Numbered from the stretch's first letter, positions 11,601-25,142 are shown. The stretch: DNA of 64,000 nucleotides from Dimorphilus gyrociliatus (GCA_904063045.1 CAJFCJ010000019.1:1044570-1108569); one strand, 5' to 3'. Made by a program: numbers and translations. The notes: generated by a model from the letters alone, not told the origin.

Positions 11601-14600
11601 CATTAGTAAACTACGCTTCAATGAAAACCAAACGAATGACTGCTTTTTGCCAAGAAAATGAGGAAACGTATAATCAAGACAAAGCGAGTGAAATATGTGC
11701 CTTCTAATGGCATAGAGCATTCGTGTTAATAAGAATAGAAATTGTTAGTGCGTTCGATACGCCTAGGAGCTTTGATCATTTTTGATGTTCGATTTAATTT
11801 TAGATTACAGTCTTTTCGAGGTGAAAGTATGAAAAAGGAGAAAGAACATTATAATCTAAAAGGCGCATTGCCGTCCAACCGTGAAAACGACGCAAATTTA
11901 CATTTTTTTGTTTCTGTCGATTCTTTAGTCACGCTCTCGATATACAAAGCCGAGAGCGCACGCCAAAAATAGCGCTATAATACCGTTTTACAGAAACTAA
12001 TACGCATAATATAATTTTACCTAGTCACGAAAATGTTACATCTACTTGATGTAATTAACGCTTGTTTGATAACATCGCACATTAATAGCACATTAAAAAA
12101 CAACTACCTTTGAATTAACGCTTATTAATATATGCATATCTATACAAATATACACATAATATGTGTATCGTACATATGGCTACATTATATAAGCAGACTG
12201 TATGAGGTTACGTGGCGAAAGAATAATAAACATATGAATTATGGAAAAAACCATGACACATTCTGTGATAAAGTATCATCGAATATAGTCGGACGAGTGG
12301 TGGCAAAAAAAGAGTAAAATAGCGCCCTTTGAATTGTTTATATCCGCATGCGACCATTTACTTTATAAAGACATTATAAATTGCTGTATAATTTCAGTAT
12401 TACGCTTTTTTACCATTCAGCTTACAATAATTTGTCAGCTGGCAGAGTTTGTGTATATAAGAAACGGCGTGAATGTATAAGAAATTGACACTAGGTTTTA
12501 AGAGCCTGTATACAGATACAATAGGCCGGCATTGATTAACAAATCCGATATTGGTACAATATATATGTTTGTATATTTTACTTTACACCTGTATGTAAGA
12601 AATTCTTTCGTTCATTTGTTTTCCCTCGAAATACAAATTAGTTTGTGCTAGGGCGTTAACTATATTTCTTGCGACCTTTCACGATTCAGCGCCCACAGGG
12701 CTTAATTATATGTACTGCGTGCGCAGCTGCAAAATCCCGATGTAACTATTAGATTAATTTAGATATAATGAACGTGCTCTATTTTTTTGCAGGTGCTGAA
12801 GGGCTGGCAGGAGGAAAAGGAGAATAAAAATGTGTGCAACGCATTAGATAAAAAGGTAATTGGTTGGAATTGTTTGCCGTACAAAACGACGCTCAATAAT
12901 TAATTACGTTGCGCCATAAACGTCATTTAGGCAAGGCGTCTTCTCCCATGATGATTCGTATGACGTTTCGCATTAACCGTAAGCGTCTCAAATCGGGTTA
13001 TGGTACAATTGAGAGCAATGAAAATAACGCGCCACACAGTCGAAGCGTCAGTAGATTGGCAGTCACCCCTCGCCTGTTGTAACGTCTACTGAACCGCGAT
13101 TACGGGCGTTCCGCTGAGGCGAGTCTCTGGCGACCGTCATCTTACCCGTCAGTCAGAAATAAAGAAATAAATTTCTCTAATCGTTCGCAAAAATCAGAGC
13201 GGGGGGTTTATAGCTCATTATCAAAATCGCAGGATTTCAATGGCCTGCGGCCTAATTGAATAGACTTCATCAGTAATCGACGCCGGACCGTCGACCAGTT
13301 TTATCTTATATATATGAATAATTGCTAGTGTATATCTGTCGATCTCATAAGTAGATTATCCAAGACGCCCACAGTCGATAGAAGGAAGACGACTGAGGCA
13401 ATATAATGTATTTTTCTTGTTGGTGTCTTGTTAAGCGTATGTATGTGTGTATGTGACTGGACTTGAGTCTCTTGATCTCTTTTGCCCTTCTCTTCATGAG
13501 AGTATACAGATTTGCATAATCAATGCTGTTATCTTTAACCAACAGAAATACTGTTCGAATTACGTCAGTCTTGCTGTTCGACTATCAGATGATAGGTTAC
13601 TCGTTTGTGGCACTAATGCTGGTCTGACATCTCCTACCTGCAGAATATTACGACACTCGAACAGTAAAAAAGTATTACGAGAAGAAAATGGAATGAAATG
13701 GTATGCAGTAGCTCCATTTTATCCGGATGACAGTTTTTCATATGTTTACACCGGTAAGTTTGCACTCACCATATTTTGTAAAAATACCGCACAGTATTAG
13801 GTCGCGACACCTTTCGGTTGCAAATCGATCTAAACGCTGACAAATAGAAATAGATAGAGACTGATACTTATCGATTTGACAAACAGCACGTGTTTCGAAA
13901 GACGGAAGACTGGCTGTTTACAATTGAAAGTAATAATACCTGATTCATTTCATCTGACTTTCTCATGAACTTTGTAAAACGCTATTTTAGACGTATTAAA
14001 TAACCCTTAATGAATGACATGGTGCGTGCAACATCTGCGATAGTTCGTGATCTTGCTACCTTGCTCAAAAATTATATTCGTCTTTTGAACTAATAACGGC
14101 AAGAAACTCATAATTGCTCTACCTGCGCCTCTATTTTTCAAGCTAAGGGATAAACGCATCGTAAACACTTTCGGCGTATTCCATCGACTAGTTTGTTTGT
14201 CTTCTATTGTACGTGCGCACCAAGCAAGCACTTGAAAAATACTATGCGTACGGTTGAGGAAAGTGTGCACTCTTTCAACGCTCTTTATACCTGAATACAT
14301 TCTTCCATACAATGCAAGCATACCCCTTTATGCCCGTAACCTACAGTGGAAAAAAATCACAATGTTTTTAATTAGCCTGCTCTTTTGCTTGCATAATTTA
14401 TAAAAAGTCTTCTATTCTTCGATCGGAAACACAGATAGGATCTACTGCAGACTGGGTAACGAAAGCTGATAGTCGCCTGGCAAATAAAATTGAGCCAGAC
14501 GAACAATGCGGTTTGGTAGCGTGTATTATATTGAAAAACAGGGCTGTGTCGACGTTGCCGTCAGCGATGTTGTTCTAATGAACTTACAGTTGGCGTCTGC

Positions 14601-17004
14601 ATTCGTTTTGCAAGGTCGAGCTTATTACTTCACAAAGTCTTCCCGTTTTTTTCTATATTTACTTTATAATACTAGCAGCGGTTCGTTTGTATTCAGTAAT
14701 CACGTTTTACTCTTAATTGAATACGTCCGCGGAGGATATTGGATATTGATGTTGTCGCGACGTTTTGTTTCGTATCAGACTATCAGGCATATTGATGTCT
14801 TACCGCGTGCTTTCCGTCGAGCGTGTATAAGTTGTAAACAAAGGATGCCAGCCCCTGTTGCCGACACAGCTAGAATCGATGCATCGAAAACCTTTCGAAA
14901 GACGATAAACTAATCGATACCCGACCCATCGTTATTGATCAACTTCAAAGCACGCACAAAGCCTTGATCAAATCCCTTCTCTTTTTCAGGAAATCAAATC
15001 TTTACCGCTGCCATGGTCTATGTGGATTGGACAAATGCGGTAATCGCTAAAGCGATAGTTCCCAAGTCAGATGACAAAGAGATACAAGGTTTATACACAG
15101 AAACGACATTTGCCGATGCAGCCACAGTTCACTCTTTCATCGACTACGAAAATGCGTATTTTTTATATAGAAAAGGCAAAAATTCTCAAACCTCTAGAAT
15201 AGCAAGAATATGCATTAACGATAGAGGAAGCTATAAAAACAAGGACGGTGGGTTACCGCTCTGGACGTCATTTGTGTCTATTCCTATTAGATGCTGTATT
15301 CAACGAGCGACCTATACATTTTGCTTTGACAAGATTTTGGGTGCAAGCGGATTACAAATTGGAAGGGTATACATTTTATTTATTATTTTTTAATGTGACA
15401 TACTTTAAAACTCATTTTATTCAGCTTCATCCTTCCCTTGATTCCTCGAAAAAACTATTATACGGATTATTTGAGAGTGAATCATCCGTATATGGCGGAA
15501 CTGCCGTATGCGTTTTTGACAAATTAAGCATTGACAAAGGATATGACACGGTTGACGCTCCCAAAGTCATGTGTCCAAATAATTCTCAAGAGTTGACAGA
15601 TAGAGAACTGACAAAGCGGGTTAATTATCGAGAAAAAATTAAGAAAAAAGTTGATCACTTAACACAGAGCGTTCCTTTGCTTCTTCAACGGGATGGGTCA
15701 CGTTTCACTGCCATAGATGTTGATTGGGGAGCAAAAAGTGTTTGGGAGGGACAAGTTGACGTACTTTATCTTGGCACAGCTGATGGCTTTCTGGTAAAGG
15801 CGATCAACAGTCATTCGACAGATATACGCCCGATTATCGTCGAACGTATAGCAGTGCTTAATGAGCGAATCATCAGTGTAAAAGTTCTTAAAAACGAAAA
15901 GGTCATATTGGTCCTTGGGAAGAGTGTTGTGAAAAAAATTTCCTTCTCCAGATGTTCCCAATATTTATCGTGCGGTCGGTGTGTAAAGGCTAGAGATCCG
16001 TATTGCTCATGGACCGGAGACGAATGTGCAAACTCGATGACTGGTAAACAAAACTTGCGATTAGGAAAAGTAGAAGATTGTAACGATGATTCGATTAAGA
16101 CTGGTAAGCTTTAGCAATTAATTACTTTTAAGAATCTTGTCTAGTTCATATTCTTCTTTCTTTCTCTGTTTTTTATTATTATTTTCTTAATTTTAAGTCT
16201 GTTTTTGCCATTATGAAATAGCATCCTCTGTAAAGAATATTACGAATACCAATGAAACTAATCTAAATACTGGTAAGAAAGTGAAAAAAAAAGGAAGCCT
16301 CTTATATTGATGCAGCTTTTTATCGTACTAATATTATATACACGCTAACTGCCGTCTTCTAACGAACATTCCGTATTTTAATTACTCTTTGATAACATTA
16401 ACTTGATTTCTTGCATGATTTAATTGCATACTATTTTGCTTATTTGACTTCCTGCGAATTCTAACTGCTATAATTTATTTTAATTACTTTTGTTGCATTC
16501 CTACAATACTCTTTTACGAACTGTCTGTCAATTTTTATTCTCTTCTTAATAGATTCAACGAACGGGAACGAAAAAGAATTGAAATTTAGAGAAACGAGCA
16601 CACGAATTGAAAGTGAATATAGTGGCAACGAAATGGCCATTGCTATCGTTCTATCGATTATCTTATCATCTATCGTATCATGCATAGCTGGTTATATAAT
16701 TGCAAACTGTCGACTGAAGCATAGGACCAAGTCGACTCTTCGAAACTCCCCGTCCGAGAAGGAGGTTATCGTTAATCAATATGAAGACATTCCACGCACG
16801 CAAAGTACGACCCTCTCGAACGGTGATAAGAGTAACTTGGCAAAGCATAATGCTAATAATAGCAATTTAACGACGCCTAGCGGAACGCTTAGTAGGCCTA
16901 CTCTGCCGTTTCGTGGTACCTCTCCTCCTGCAGTTAATCCGACGAATTACATGATACACAGGCCACCTAAGGATACGAATTCAGTGAAACAAGTCTACTT
17001 GTGA
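8637..17004 (+). CDS. Sema1: Class-1 transmembrane semaphorin (Sema-1a-like), 9 coding exons, about 701 aa
   Basis: Exons 8637-8775, 11113-11203, 11441-11486, 12793-12855, 13546-13753, 14990-15366, 15425-16103, 16222-16272, 16553-17004 give 2106 nt in frame. Signal peptide MELFPTFLLLLLF; sema motifs LVGGRETLYNIS, CSNYV, LLVCGTNA, SRIARIC, GGTAVCVF; PSI domain CSQYLSCGRCVKARDPYCSW; TM segment AIAIVLSIILSSIVSCIAGYII; C-terminus SVKQVYL typical of invertebrate Sema-1. Confidence 0.9.
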
Positions 17005-17544
17005 TAATGAAAAAAAAGAAAAGATTTTACTCTTTTTTACAGTTTAAGCCATAATACTGTCACATCACGCTAATGAGCGTCTACTTATTTTTATTGTTTT
17101 TTTCGGGTGACGCTTTAAAGGTTTTAAAAGTTCAAACATAAAACGAAGTGTGTAACAATTGATTTCGATCTCATGTGGGTGTTTGTTTATTCATTTGTAT
17201 ACGCTTAATATGTTTCTAATTTTATAAGTGAGGAAGGAAATGCTCAAATTTTATATTAAAAAGAAAATGTTCCGGTTCCTTTACTTCTTATATAAAGAGT
17301 TAAACCAAATGACTGACGTATTGACGGAAAGGTATTAATGTGTTCAGTTTGTTTATTAGATAAAGAAAATTGTATATATGAGACAATACAAATGATATTG
17401 ATATATTATGTGTACTTTCTATTATTAGATTTTTATTAGATTATGCCGCTCCAGTAAGAGCGATAATGTCGAAATTATTGCAGGAAGATATATAGGTGTC
17501 GCTAGTATCGGAAGGCGTTAATATTATCAGAGTTATTAAAAAAT

Positions 17545-18609
17545 ATGCAATTTGAATTGTCTAAACACCCTCATAGAAGGTATAATCCGCTCAAGGATGA
17601 ATGGATACTCGTCAGCCCACATAGAATGAGTAGACCTTGGACTGGGCAAGTTGAAAAGCCCACACAGAGTTCTCTAGTTCCGAGACACGATCCAAATAAC
17701 CCTTTGTCCCCAGGAGCTGTCCGATCAAATGGCTCGAAAAATCCAAACTATACATCGACCTATATATTTGACAATGACTTCCCGGCTCTTCTCTTTGAAG
17801 GGCCGGCACCTGAGGAGAATGAAGATGACTTGTTTAAAGTGGAAGCCGCCCGTGGCTCGTGTAAAGTTATGTGTTTCCATCCATTTTCCAATCTAAGTTT
17901 AGCAACTATGGACCCAGGACAAATTGGGTCGGTTATCGACAGTTGGATTGATCTCATGAGGCAGCTGTCACCCGATTATTTATGGGTACAAATATTTGAG
18001 AATAAAGGCGCCGTTATGGGCTGCTCTAACCCTCACCCCCACTGTCAAGTATGGTCTTCCTCTTTTTTACCACAGGAAATACGTGTCAAAGACAAAAAGC
18101 AAAGAGAATACTTTGAAAAGCATCGCAAGCCGCTGCTCTGCGATTATCTGTCTAAAGAATTAGAAAAGAAAGAGCGCATAATAGTAGAAACGAACCATTG
18201 GGTAGCATTGGTTCCGTTCTGGGCTGTATGGCCTTTTGAGAGTATGTTAATACCGAAACAACACGTTTTAAGACTACAAGATTTAAATATAGACCAAAGA
18301 AAAGATTTAGCTCTAGCAATGAAACTACTATTGGTCAAATACGACAATTTATTTGAGACATCGTTTCCCTATTCTATGGGTTGGCATCAAGCGCCAACAG
18401 GAAGTCGTCTAGAAGGAAATTCGGAAGAGCATTGGCAATTACACGCATTATATTTTCCTCCATTACTTCGGTCTTCCAACGTTAAAAAGTTCATGGTTGG
18501 CTACGAAATGTTAGCAAACGCTCAACGAGATATAACTGCCGAAGAAGCTGCTAGACGACTATCGTCTCTTCCCGAAGAGCATTACTTATCGAAGAAATTT
18601 GATCAATAA
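17545..18609 (+). CDS. GALT: Galactose-1-phosphate uridylyltransferase, intronless, 354 aa
   Basis: HRRYNPL, LVSPHRMSRPW, FDNDFPAL and the catalytic HPH motif (MGCSNPHPHCQ). Confidence 0.97.
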   Translation: MQFELSKHPHRRYNPLKDEWILVSPHRMSRPWTGQVEKPTQSSLVPRHDPNNPLSPGAVRSNGSKNPNYTSTYIFDNDFPALLFEGPAPEENEDDLFKVEAARGSCKVMCFHPFSNLSLATMDPGQIGSVIDSWIDLMRQLSPDYLWVQIFENKGAVMGCSNPHPHCQVWSSSFLPQEIRVKDKKQREYFEKHRKPLLCDYLSKELEKKERIIVETNHWVALVPFWAVWPFESMLIPKQHVLRLQDLNIDQRKDLALAMKLLLVKYDNLFETSFPYSMGWHQAPTGSRLEGNSEEHWQLHALYFPPLLRSSNVKKFMVGYEMLANAQRDITAEEAARRLSSLPEEHYLSKKFDQ

Positions 18610-18672
18610 GCCACTAATTAAGAACAATACAGAAAAAAACACTACTAATTTATTTTCAGAATTACAAACACT

Positions 18673-19163
18673 TCAGTATCTATATTTAGTCGAGTAGTCC
18701 TTGGGTGATACGACCAAACCTCTTCCTTTCCTAGCTCCTCTAAATACCGTCTCAACAATATCAATAAATTCTTGTTCATCCGACATAGCCCAATTGATTT
18801 TATTATTATTACCCGTGCCCAAATCGATCATTATATGTTTATTTCGATAGAAGAACATGACTGTACATGGATCGTAAAGTTCGTACATTTTATTAAAATC
18901 TGGTACCTCCGTACTATCTACTAGATAGACAACTGCAAAATTTTTTATCTTCTCAGCAACCTAAATGACAAATATAAAATGCATTAGAGTCTTAATTGTG
19001 AATAATTTATGTGAACTTTTACCTTGTAGAGAGTTTCATCCATAACCATACATTGTGGATCCCAATCATGGCCAAATCTTATAATTACTACGCGATCTTC
19101 TTCTGACAATATAGCCTGATCCACTTGCCATCCATTACGTAAATGTTGGAGCATATAAGACAT
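18673..19163 (-). CDS. TXNL4A: Thioredoxin-like U5 snRNP protein DIM1, 142 aa, 2 exons
   Basis: Exons 19163-19023 (MSYMLQHLRNGWQVDQAILSEEDRVVIIRFGHDWDPQCMVMDETLYK) and 18960-18673 (...YELYDPCTVMFFYRNKHIMIDLGTGNNNKINW...KDYSTKYRY*), 62-nt intron. Confidence 0.98.
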
Positions 19164-21153
19164 TTTGAAAATTAATAAGTATCTCCTATTTTACAAAAAA
19201 CCGTAACGAACGTTTAACGAATTGCCCCAATATCGCTCGTGAGTATTGTTCCAGCCATTAGTGTCGCCCCCTACAATAGCTTGTATATCAACATTTACTA
19301 CTAGCCTAGCATATACAGTATAGTGTATATATATAAAAAAAACAACTAATGGATATAAAGGAAATCAACTAAAATTTATCAAAAGAAATAAATAATTAAG
19401 AAAATATAGCAATTATTTGTAGGAAAATTAACATATATGTCTAAAAAGAAGCCTTTAAAAAATCATCAACCTACAGTATATACAAGTATACAATTCTGTA
19501 TATAAATAATTATTACATGAGAATCATCAAGAAAAAAAGGGAAAGCTTAGTTTGGTGATATTTATATTTTTAAGCAGATTATATTAAACAGCTTTACTCA
19601 TCAATTTTTCATGTCAATTCTTCTCTATACTCTTCTCCCCATCATATCATCTCCTTCTTTTCTTTCTTTCTCTCTTCTTTATCACTCTTCCTTCTTCTCC
19701 TTCCCCTTCCGCCCCTCTTTTTTTTTGTTTAACTATACATAAACTGAAATAGGCTTAGAATTTTTAAAACCGAAAAATATACATTAATTAATTAGACAAG
19801 AGAGAGAGAGAGAAGGGTAGGGGGAGAAAGTAAAGAAAAAGTATGATATGAATAGATTATAATGTTTCTATTGATGTTTAATTTAATAATAAAGGACAAC
19901 TTTCGTTTAAGAATAAAAGATGAGATATAATTTATGTAATATTTTAGTGCTAAGCCATATCTCATTCAGGAAATATAATTATTCACGTTTATTCATGGGA
20001 AAAAGATAGAAAATTGATGTGTGAGATTACGATTTTTTTATTACTAATGCCCATAAGCAAATTCTTTGTTATTAAGTTCTTTTTTGTCATTTTTTGTTAT
20101 TTATTGAAAATTGACTATGACATTTTATTGTATGGAAAAGTCTTATCTTATTTATTTTGATTTTGTGGCGTGTAATCACTTATCAGTGAGAATTTTCTGC
20201 TAATCGATGTCTTATGTTAATATATCCCTACCAGATATTAGTCAGATTGTCTGTATAATGGATTAAATCTGAAACATATCTGCTCCATGTTTTCCAAGCA
20301 ATCGGAAGCTGTGTAGAAATTGTTTGTACATCAGCCTACAATTTCCTAGCAACCCTGAACATCACTTGAGTGATATTGATAAAGTTTCTTCATTTTGATT
20401 TACCCAATTGATTTCTTCTCCAATACATTTATCAACAATTGCATGTCCGGTTTAAGTAAAAGAAATGTAACTCCTATTTCTCTATTTCTCTCTGTTCTAT
20501 AGAGATCATATCATCTTCTCCCTATTCCATTAAAATGGAATCTTTAGCATCTTAAGTTAAGAAAATTTGCATATTCTCTATGTATACTTTGGTCTTTGTA
20601 GAATATTAAGAAGATTTTAATCTCCTTAAAAATCTATTCAATTTCATTAACTCTTGACGCCCTCTTTAGTATAATGTTTCATTCATAACCAAGATAGGGG
20701 TGTTATGATAGCCATGGGAATCGGATTAGTTTTTACTCGATCCGCCTTGCGAATGAATACCTTGATCGACTTACCTTTCCACTATACGAAGTTTCTAAGA
20801 TAAAAGACAACTAATTTCTTATTACGCGAAAGGGAAGCACTAGTACACGTTTTTATATACTTTGTAAGCAAATAACTAATTCGATTATTTCCTGATGAAA
20901 GACTTTGAATCTGCAATCAAGTCTCCCACCTGGTGGATTTTCTTTTTAAAGTTTAATTAGTAGGTAATTTTTTATATAAATTATAAGCTATAATTTTATA
21001 TTAAATTAGATTTATAACTTGAAAAAAGTGGAAAATTTTATCATTTTAAAATTATCGCGTTTACGAAAATAACTAAGTTCAAGGTCACGTTTGCGAGGGA
21101 AAGTTGTTGTTTTACAGAAAAATATATTATTAAATTCTTTTTATTTAAATATC

Positions 21154-24100
21154 ATGTTCCATTTATTGCAACAAAGGCAATATGGACTTAGAGGAAATCA
21201 AAAATGTATGTATATTTTTTTCAGTTTTATCGAGTATTAAGTGCAAGAGATCTCTTGCAATACTTTACGGCTACCCGCCTTCTAATGTCTTCTTATCTAT
21301 CACCCTATGGATAGGTCAAATATCCACCTAATTCTTTTTTTCTATACAGATCAAATATATACAAGCACTTTTATTGAACATTACAAGAGTTTCCGTGAAA
21401 CAGAACTTGTAATAGAAGGAAGAGAAATCGGAGTGAGTTGGATCACGTTGTGGCAAATTTTCGAATATTTAAAAAATGTTCTTTTTTTTTAGGAAACCAT
21501 TCCTATTATGTCTGCAAAATTCTCACCCGGTAAGAGATGTTTATAATTTATCTTTAACTTTAAATATTGTATTATAATATCATTTTAAATAAAATTTTAC
21601 GATAGATCATACGAATATTTTATCGGCTGTTGATGAACAAGGAGGATTAATGATTATTGATGCTCATAAACCCGCTGCAAATTCTGTTGTTCAAGGTAAA
21701 TATTTAATAATATTATAAGACAAATGATTCTCATATTTTGGTGAAGAAAGGATAAATCCAATCAAGGGTGGCATTTACTAAATTACTAATTAAACAGAGT
21801 GGCTGGCCCACGAAAACGCAGCTTTCGACGTTTGCTGGGTCAAAGGCAGTAATAAATTATTAACGGCTGCTGGTGATAGAACTGTAGCTCTGTGGGACGT
21901 TCTTAACGAAGCCAAGTTGCGCACCTTTAAAGGGCATCAGTCGTCCGTAAAAACTGTTACGACTAATCCTTTTTCAGATTGTAAGTATATAATAAAATAA
22001 CTTTTAAGTTATTGAAAGTTTTACCACAAAGATTCTAATCAATCTACTTAAATTAGCCCTATATGCAAGTGGAAGCAGAGATGGGCATATTATTCTATGG
22101 GATGATAGAGTTGCAAACAACAATAATATAAATGATAGTATTAATGCAAAAGGAGGATATGATTCCTTAGGCGTCCGATTCATTCGAAATGCTCATACGA
22201 GTATCGTCGATACTAATAAACGAAGAAGTAAACGCTTTAGTTCATCCTCAGTGGTTAGTAGCATCTACAAGCAAAAGACCCTTTTATAGAGCTGTATATT
22301 CTAACGATTAATTCGTTTCAGGCTATAACTTCAGTATTGTTTTTAAACGAAAATCAAATTTTATCTTCAGGTTCAAGTGATGGGTAAATATATATTTCAT
22401 TGACTTGTTATACTTTATAGGACACATACACGCTATTCTTCTATTAAACTTTATCTATTCTGCATTTACATTGATATTATGTAATCAACTGTATAGTGTA
22501 TACAATTCCAAGTATTTAAGATTAGCTCTGCCATCTGGGAAATTGGGAAGCGTATTTTCATTGTATAAACAACAACAACAACGTAACAATAGTAAAAAAA
22601 ATGGGTTACCGTTTTTCTAACAATGAAAGAATTACCCAATTGTTTATTTAAAAATTAAGTTTAATTGCTATAATTTACTTCTCTCTTGGCCCATTTATTC
22701 TTCTATTTACGAATGTATAGTAATAAATAACAATTCTATTTTTTTTTAATACAGAGAAGTACGTTTATGGGATATGCGTAAATCTTTTTGTAAGGATAAT
22801 AAGGACATTATGGCTAAACCGGTGCATGTCTTTCCATATCCGGCCTTGAAAGGAAGGCGAAAAAGGGGATATTCTACTATGGTGCTCGATTCTTCTCATT
22901 CGAGATTATTTGCATGCTGTATGGATGGGGTTATTTATTGTTTTTCATGCTCAAATTTAAAAACAAAACCAAGTAATTTTTATTTTATTTTATTGTAAAA
23001 ATTTTATTTGCGATATATTTATAAATTAATTTCGAAATAGTTGCTGCATACGCTGGTCACGAAACAAACACCCATTATATTAAAATAGCCCTAAGTCCTG
23101 AAGATCTTTTTTTAATAAGCGGATCCTCGTCCAAAGAAGCTTTCATCTGGGAGGTCAGTTTTTGTTATTGGTATAATTTAAACAAATATTTACTTTGCAA
23201 TTATCCCTCTTGAAAAGGTTGATAAACCGAACAAGGCTCCCTATGTTCTAAAAGGTCATGAAGAAGAGGTTACTTGTGTTCAATGGTGTGAAGATTTTCG
23301 AACGGTAGTTTTTTATTTAAAGTTTAATAAATTAATACTAATAAACATTTATTTAAACGAATGTCTATTTATTATTTAGATTGTTACCTGCAGCGATGAT
23401 GATACAATTCGATTTTGGAAATTGTCTAGTAATAAGGATTCTAATAATGTAACAGGGCACGTCGAAATATGTAATAAACCAGTTGGTCAGTTATTTAAGG
23501 TTTATTTTATTTGAAATATTAAACTACACGGTCAAATGATTACAGATTTAGCTTGTAATAGTAAAGTTACCAAGGGGCTCTTCTCGCCCGTAAAAAGAGG
23601 TCAATCTGGTGTTTCATTCACTCCGTCAAACTCTAGAAGAATTAGGGAAGCCTTAACAAACCTTCCGTCCTCGGCTCCATCTAAATTTTCAGATATTACA
23701 AAATGGCTAAAGAGAAGAGGTAAGTTGCGTAAAGGTATCTTTCACGCTTAAAATTCAAATCAAATTAACTACTTGCAGAAGAGTCAATGCCTTTCAAATC
23801 ACCCAAGAAGCCCAACATTATTAACCTAATTAAGTCACCGATAAAGAATGAAGCGAAGCCGACAGCATCTAGAGCTTTGTTTAGACAACCTTTCGAACAA
23901 CTCATCGATTGTGCGTCACCAAGTAAAAAGCGGCCGTCGACTTCTAATCAAGCCCCTACACCGAAGAGACAGCGAATAGATTCCGGTTCTGCTACGCCGA
24001 ATAAATTGAAATCTCCTCTTAGGCCAAAGAATACTGAATCTCCAAGAACGCCGGAAATGCTCAGTGCCCGAATAGCAGCTATGAAGATTCCCTCTGCTGT

Positions 24101-24555
24101 TTCACCGGACGTTCTCGGTTTATTGCGTAGCCCCACAAAAGATTTACCTGATTTTGTAAAATCACCTCTGCATAGAACACCCTCCTCTTTACCGAAAACT
24201 CCCGTGAGTCGTAATAGGCATAGGTAATTTAATGCTTTGATCATTGTTATGCAACTGACTTATTAAACACACAATTATTTTCCTCTGAATAGACGATCGA
24301 CGCCCTGTGTAAGTCCCATGGTATTTGATGATACAACACCAAAAACTAGGTTACAAGTTAAGACAGCGGTTGAAAGGTCAAACAGCGTAAAAGTTCGAAG
24401 TTTGAGAAAGAGTAGCACTAAGGTAAAGACGCTCAGTAAATAATGCTTAACTATTTAAATATAAAATAAACAATGTTTTTCTTCTTTAGCAGAAATCAAG
24501 TACTGCTTCAAAGTCTATTCTAAATTTCTTTTCTCCATCAACAAAGAATAATTAA
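21154..24555 (+). CDS. DTL: Denticleless/CDT2 WD40 substrate receptor of CRL4, 15 exons, about 680 aa
   Basis: Exons 21154-21205, 21350-21432, 21493-21529, 21606-21695, 21798-21980, 22057-22253, 22322-22383, 22755-22972, 23041-23153, 23218-23304, 23380-23485, 23546-23719, 23779-24223, 24293-24422, 24490-24555 are in frame. Motifs WLAHENAAFDVCW, LLTAAGDRT, SGSRDGHI, KGHEEEVTCVQW; SP/TP-rich tail; terminal PIP-like SKSILNFF. Confidence 0.93.
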
Positions 24556-25142
24556 CTACGTTTTCTTCAATTTTCCCCCCGCCTTTTATCTTCTCGGATT
24601 GTAGAAAGTGTTTTTACTATTTATTGTTTTTTTGGTGAATTACCGAAAAAGAGTCCAAAATTTAATACTTTTATAATAAATCGATAGAAAAGACGAATGA
24701 TGGATGATATATTCCATTTATAACTTAAACTTGTTATATAATTCGATATTCAAATTGATCATATTTTCATTTATTGTTTTTTTTTTACATTCACTATTTA
24801 ATCTAAAAAAAAATGAAAGTTTTTATTTCGTGTCAAACATCAGTTTTTGTGTTTGGCTATCATATCAATGAACATACATTTATTAACAACGACAACTTCT
24901 ATATATATGTATAACCGCTATTGGCTTATAAATAATTCATGTAGAGAGCTCAAAATGTGGAAGAGAAAGAAAGTGAGAAAACTTAAGAAGACACCAGAGG
25001 TTATGAAATAGAAATCTTTTTGAAGCTTAGAAATCTGCGAGCATTAATTTTCCATTAAGACGATACAAGTCAGTCTGTCAATTTTTGGAAGGTTTAACTG
25101 TAGTAGAGGGCGCTTTAGTATAGTCCTGTAATCTCTACTTTA

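Noticed and set aside
14506-14913. 135-aa intronic ORF, and an antisense TM-like segment with a GTAAGA donor
   Set aside because: No recognisable domain, no compatible flanking exons, and both strands are open as expected for GC-richer regulatory DNA.
20672-20768. H/ACA snoRNA-like double hairpin on the minus strand
   Set aside because: The ACA box is only about 5 nt from the upper stem (14-16 expected) and the first hairpin lacks a convincing upper stem.
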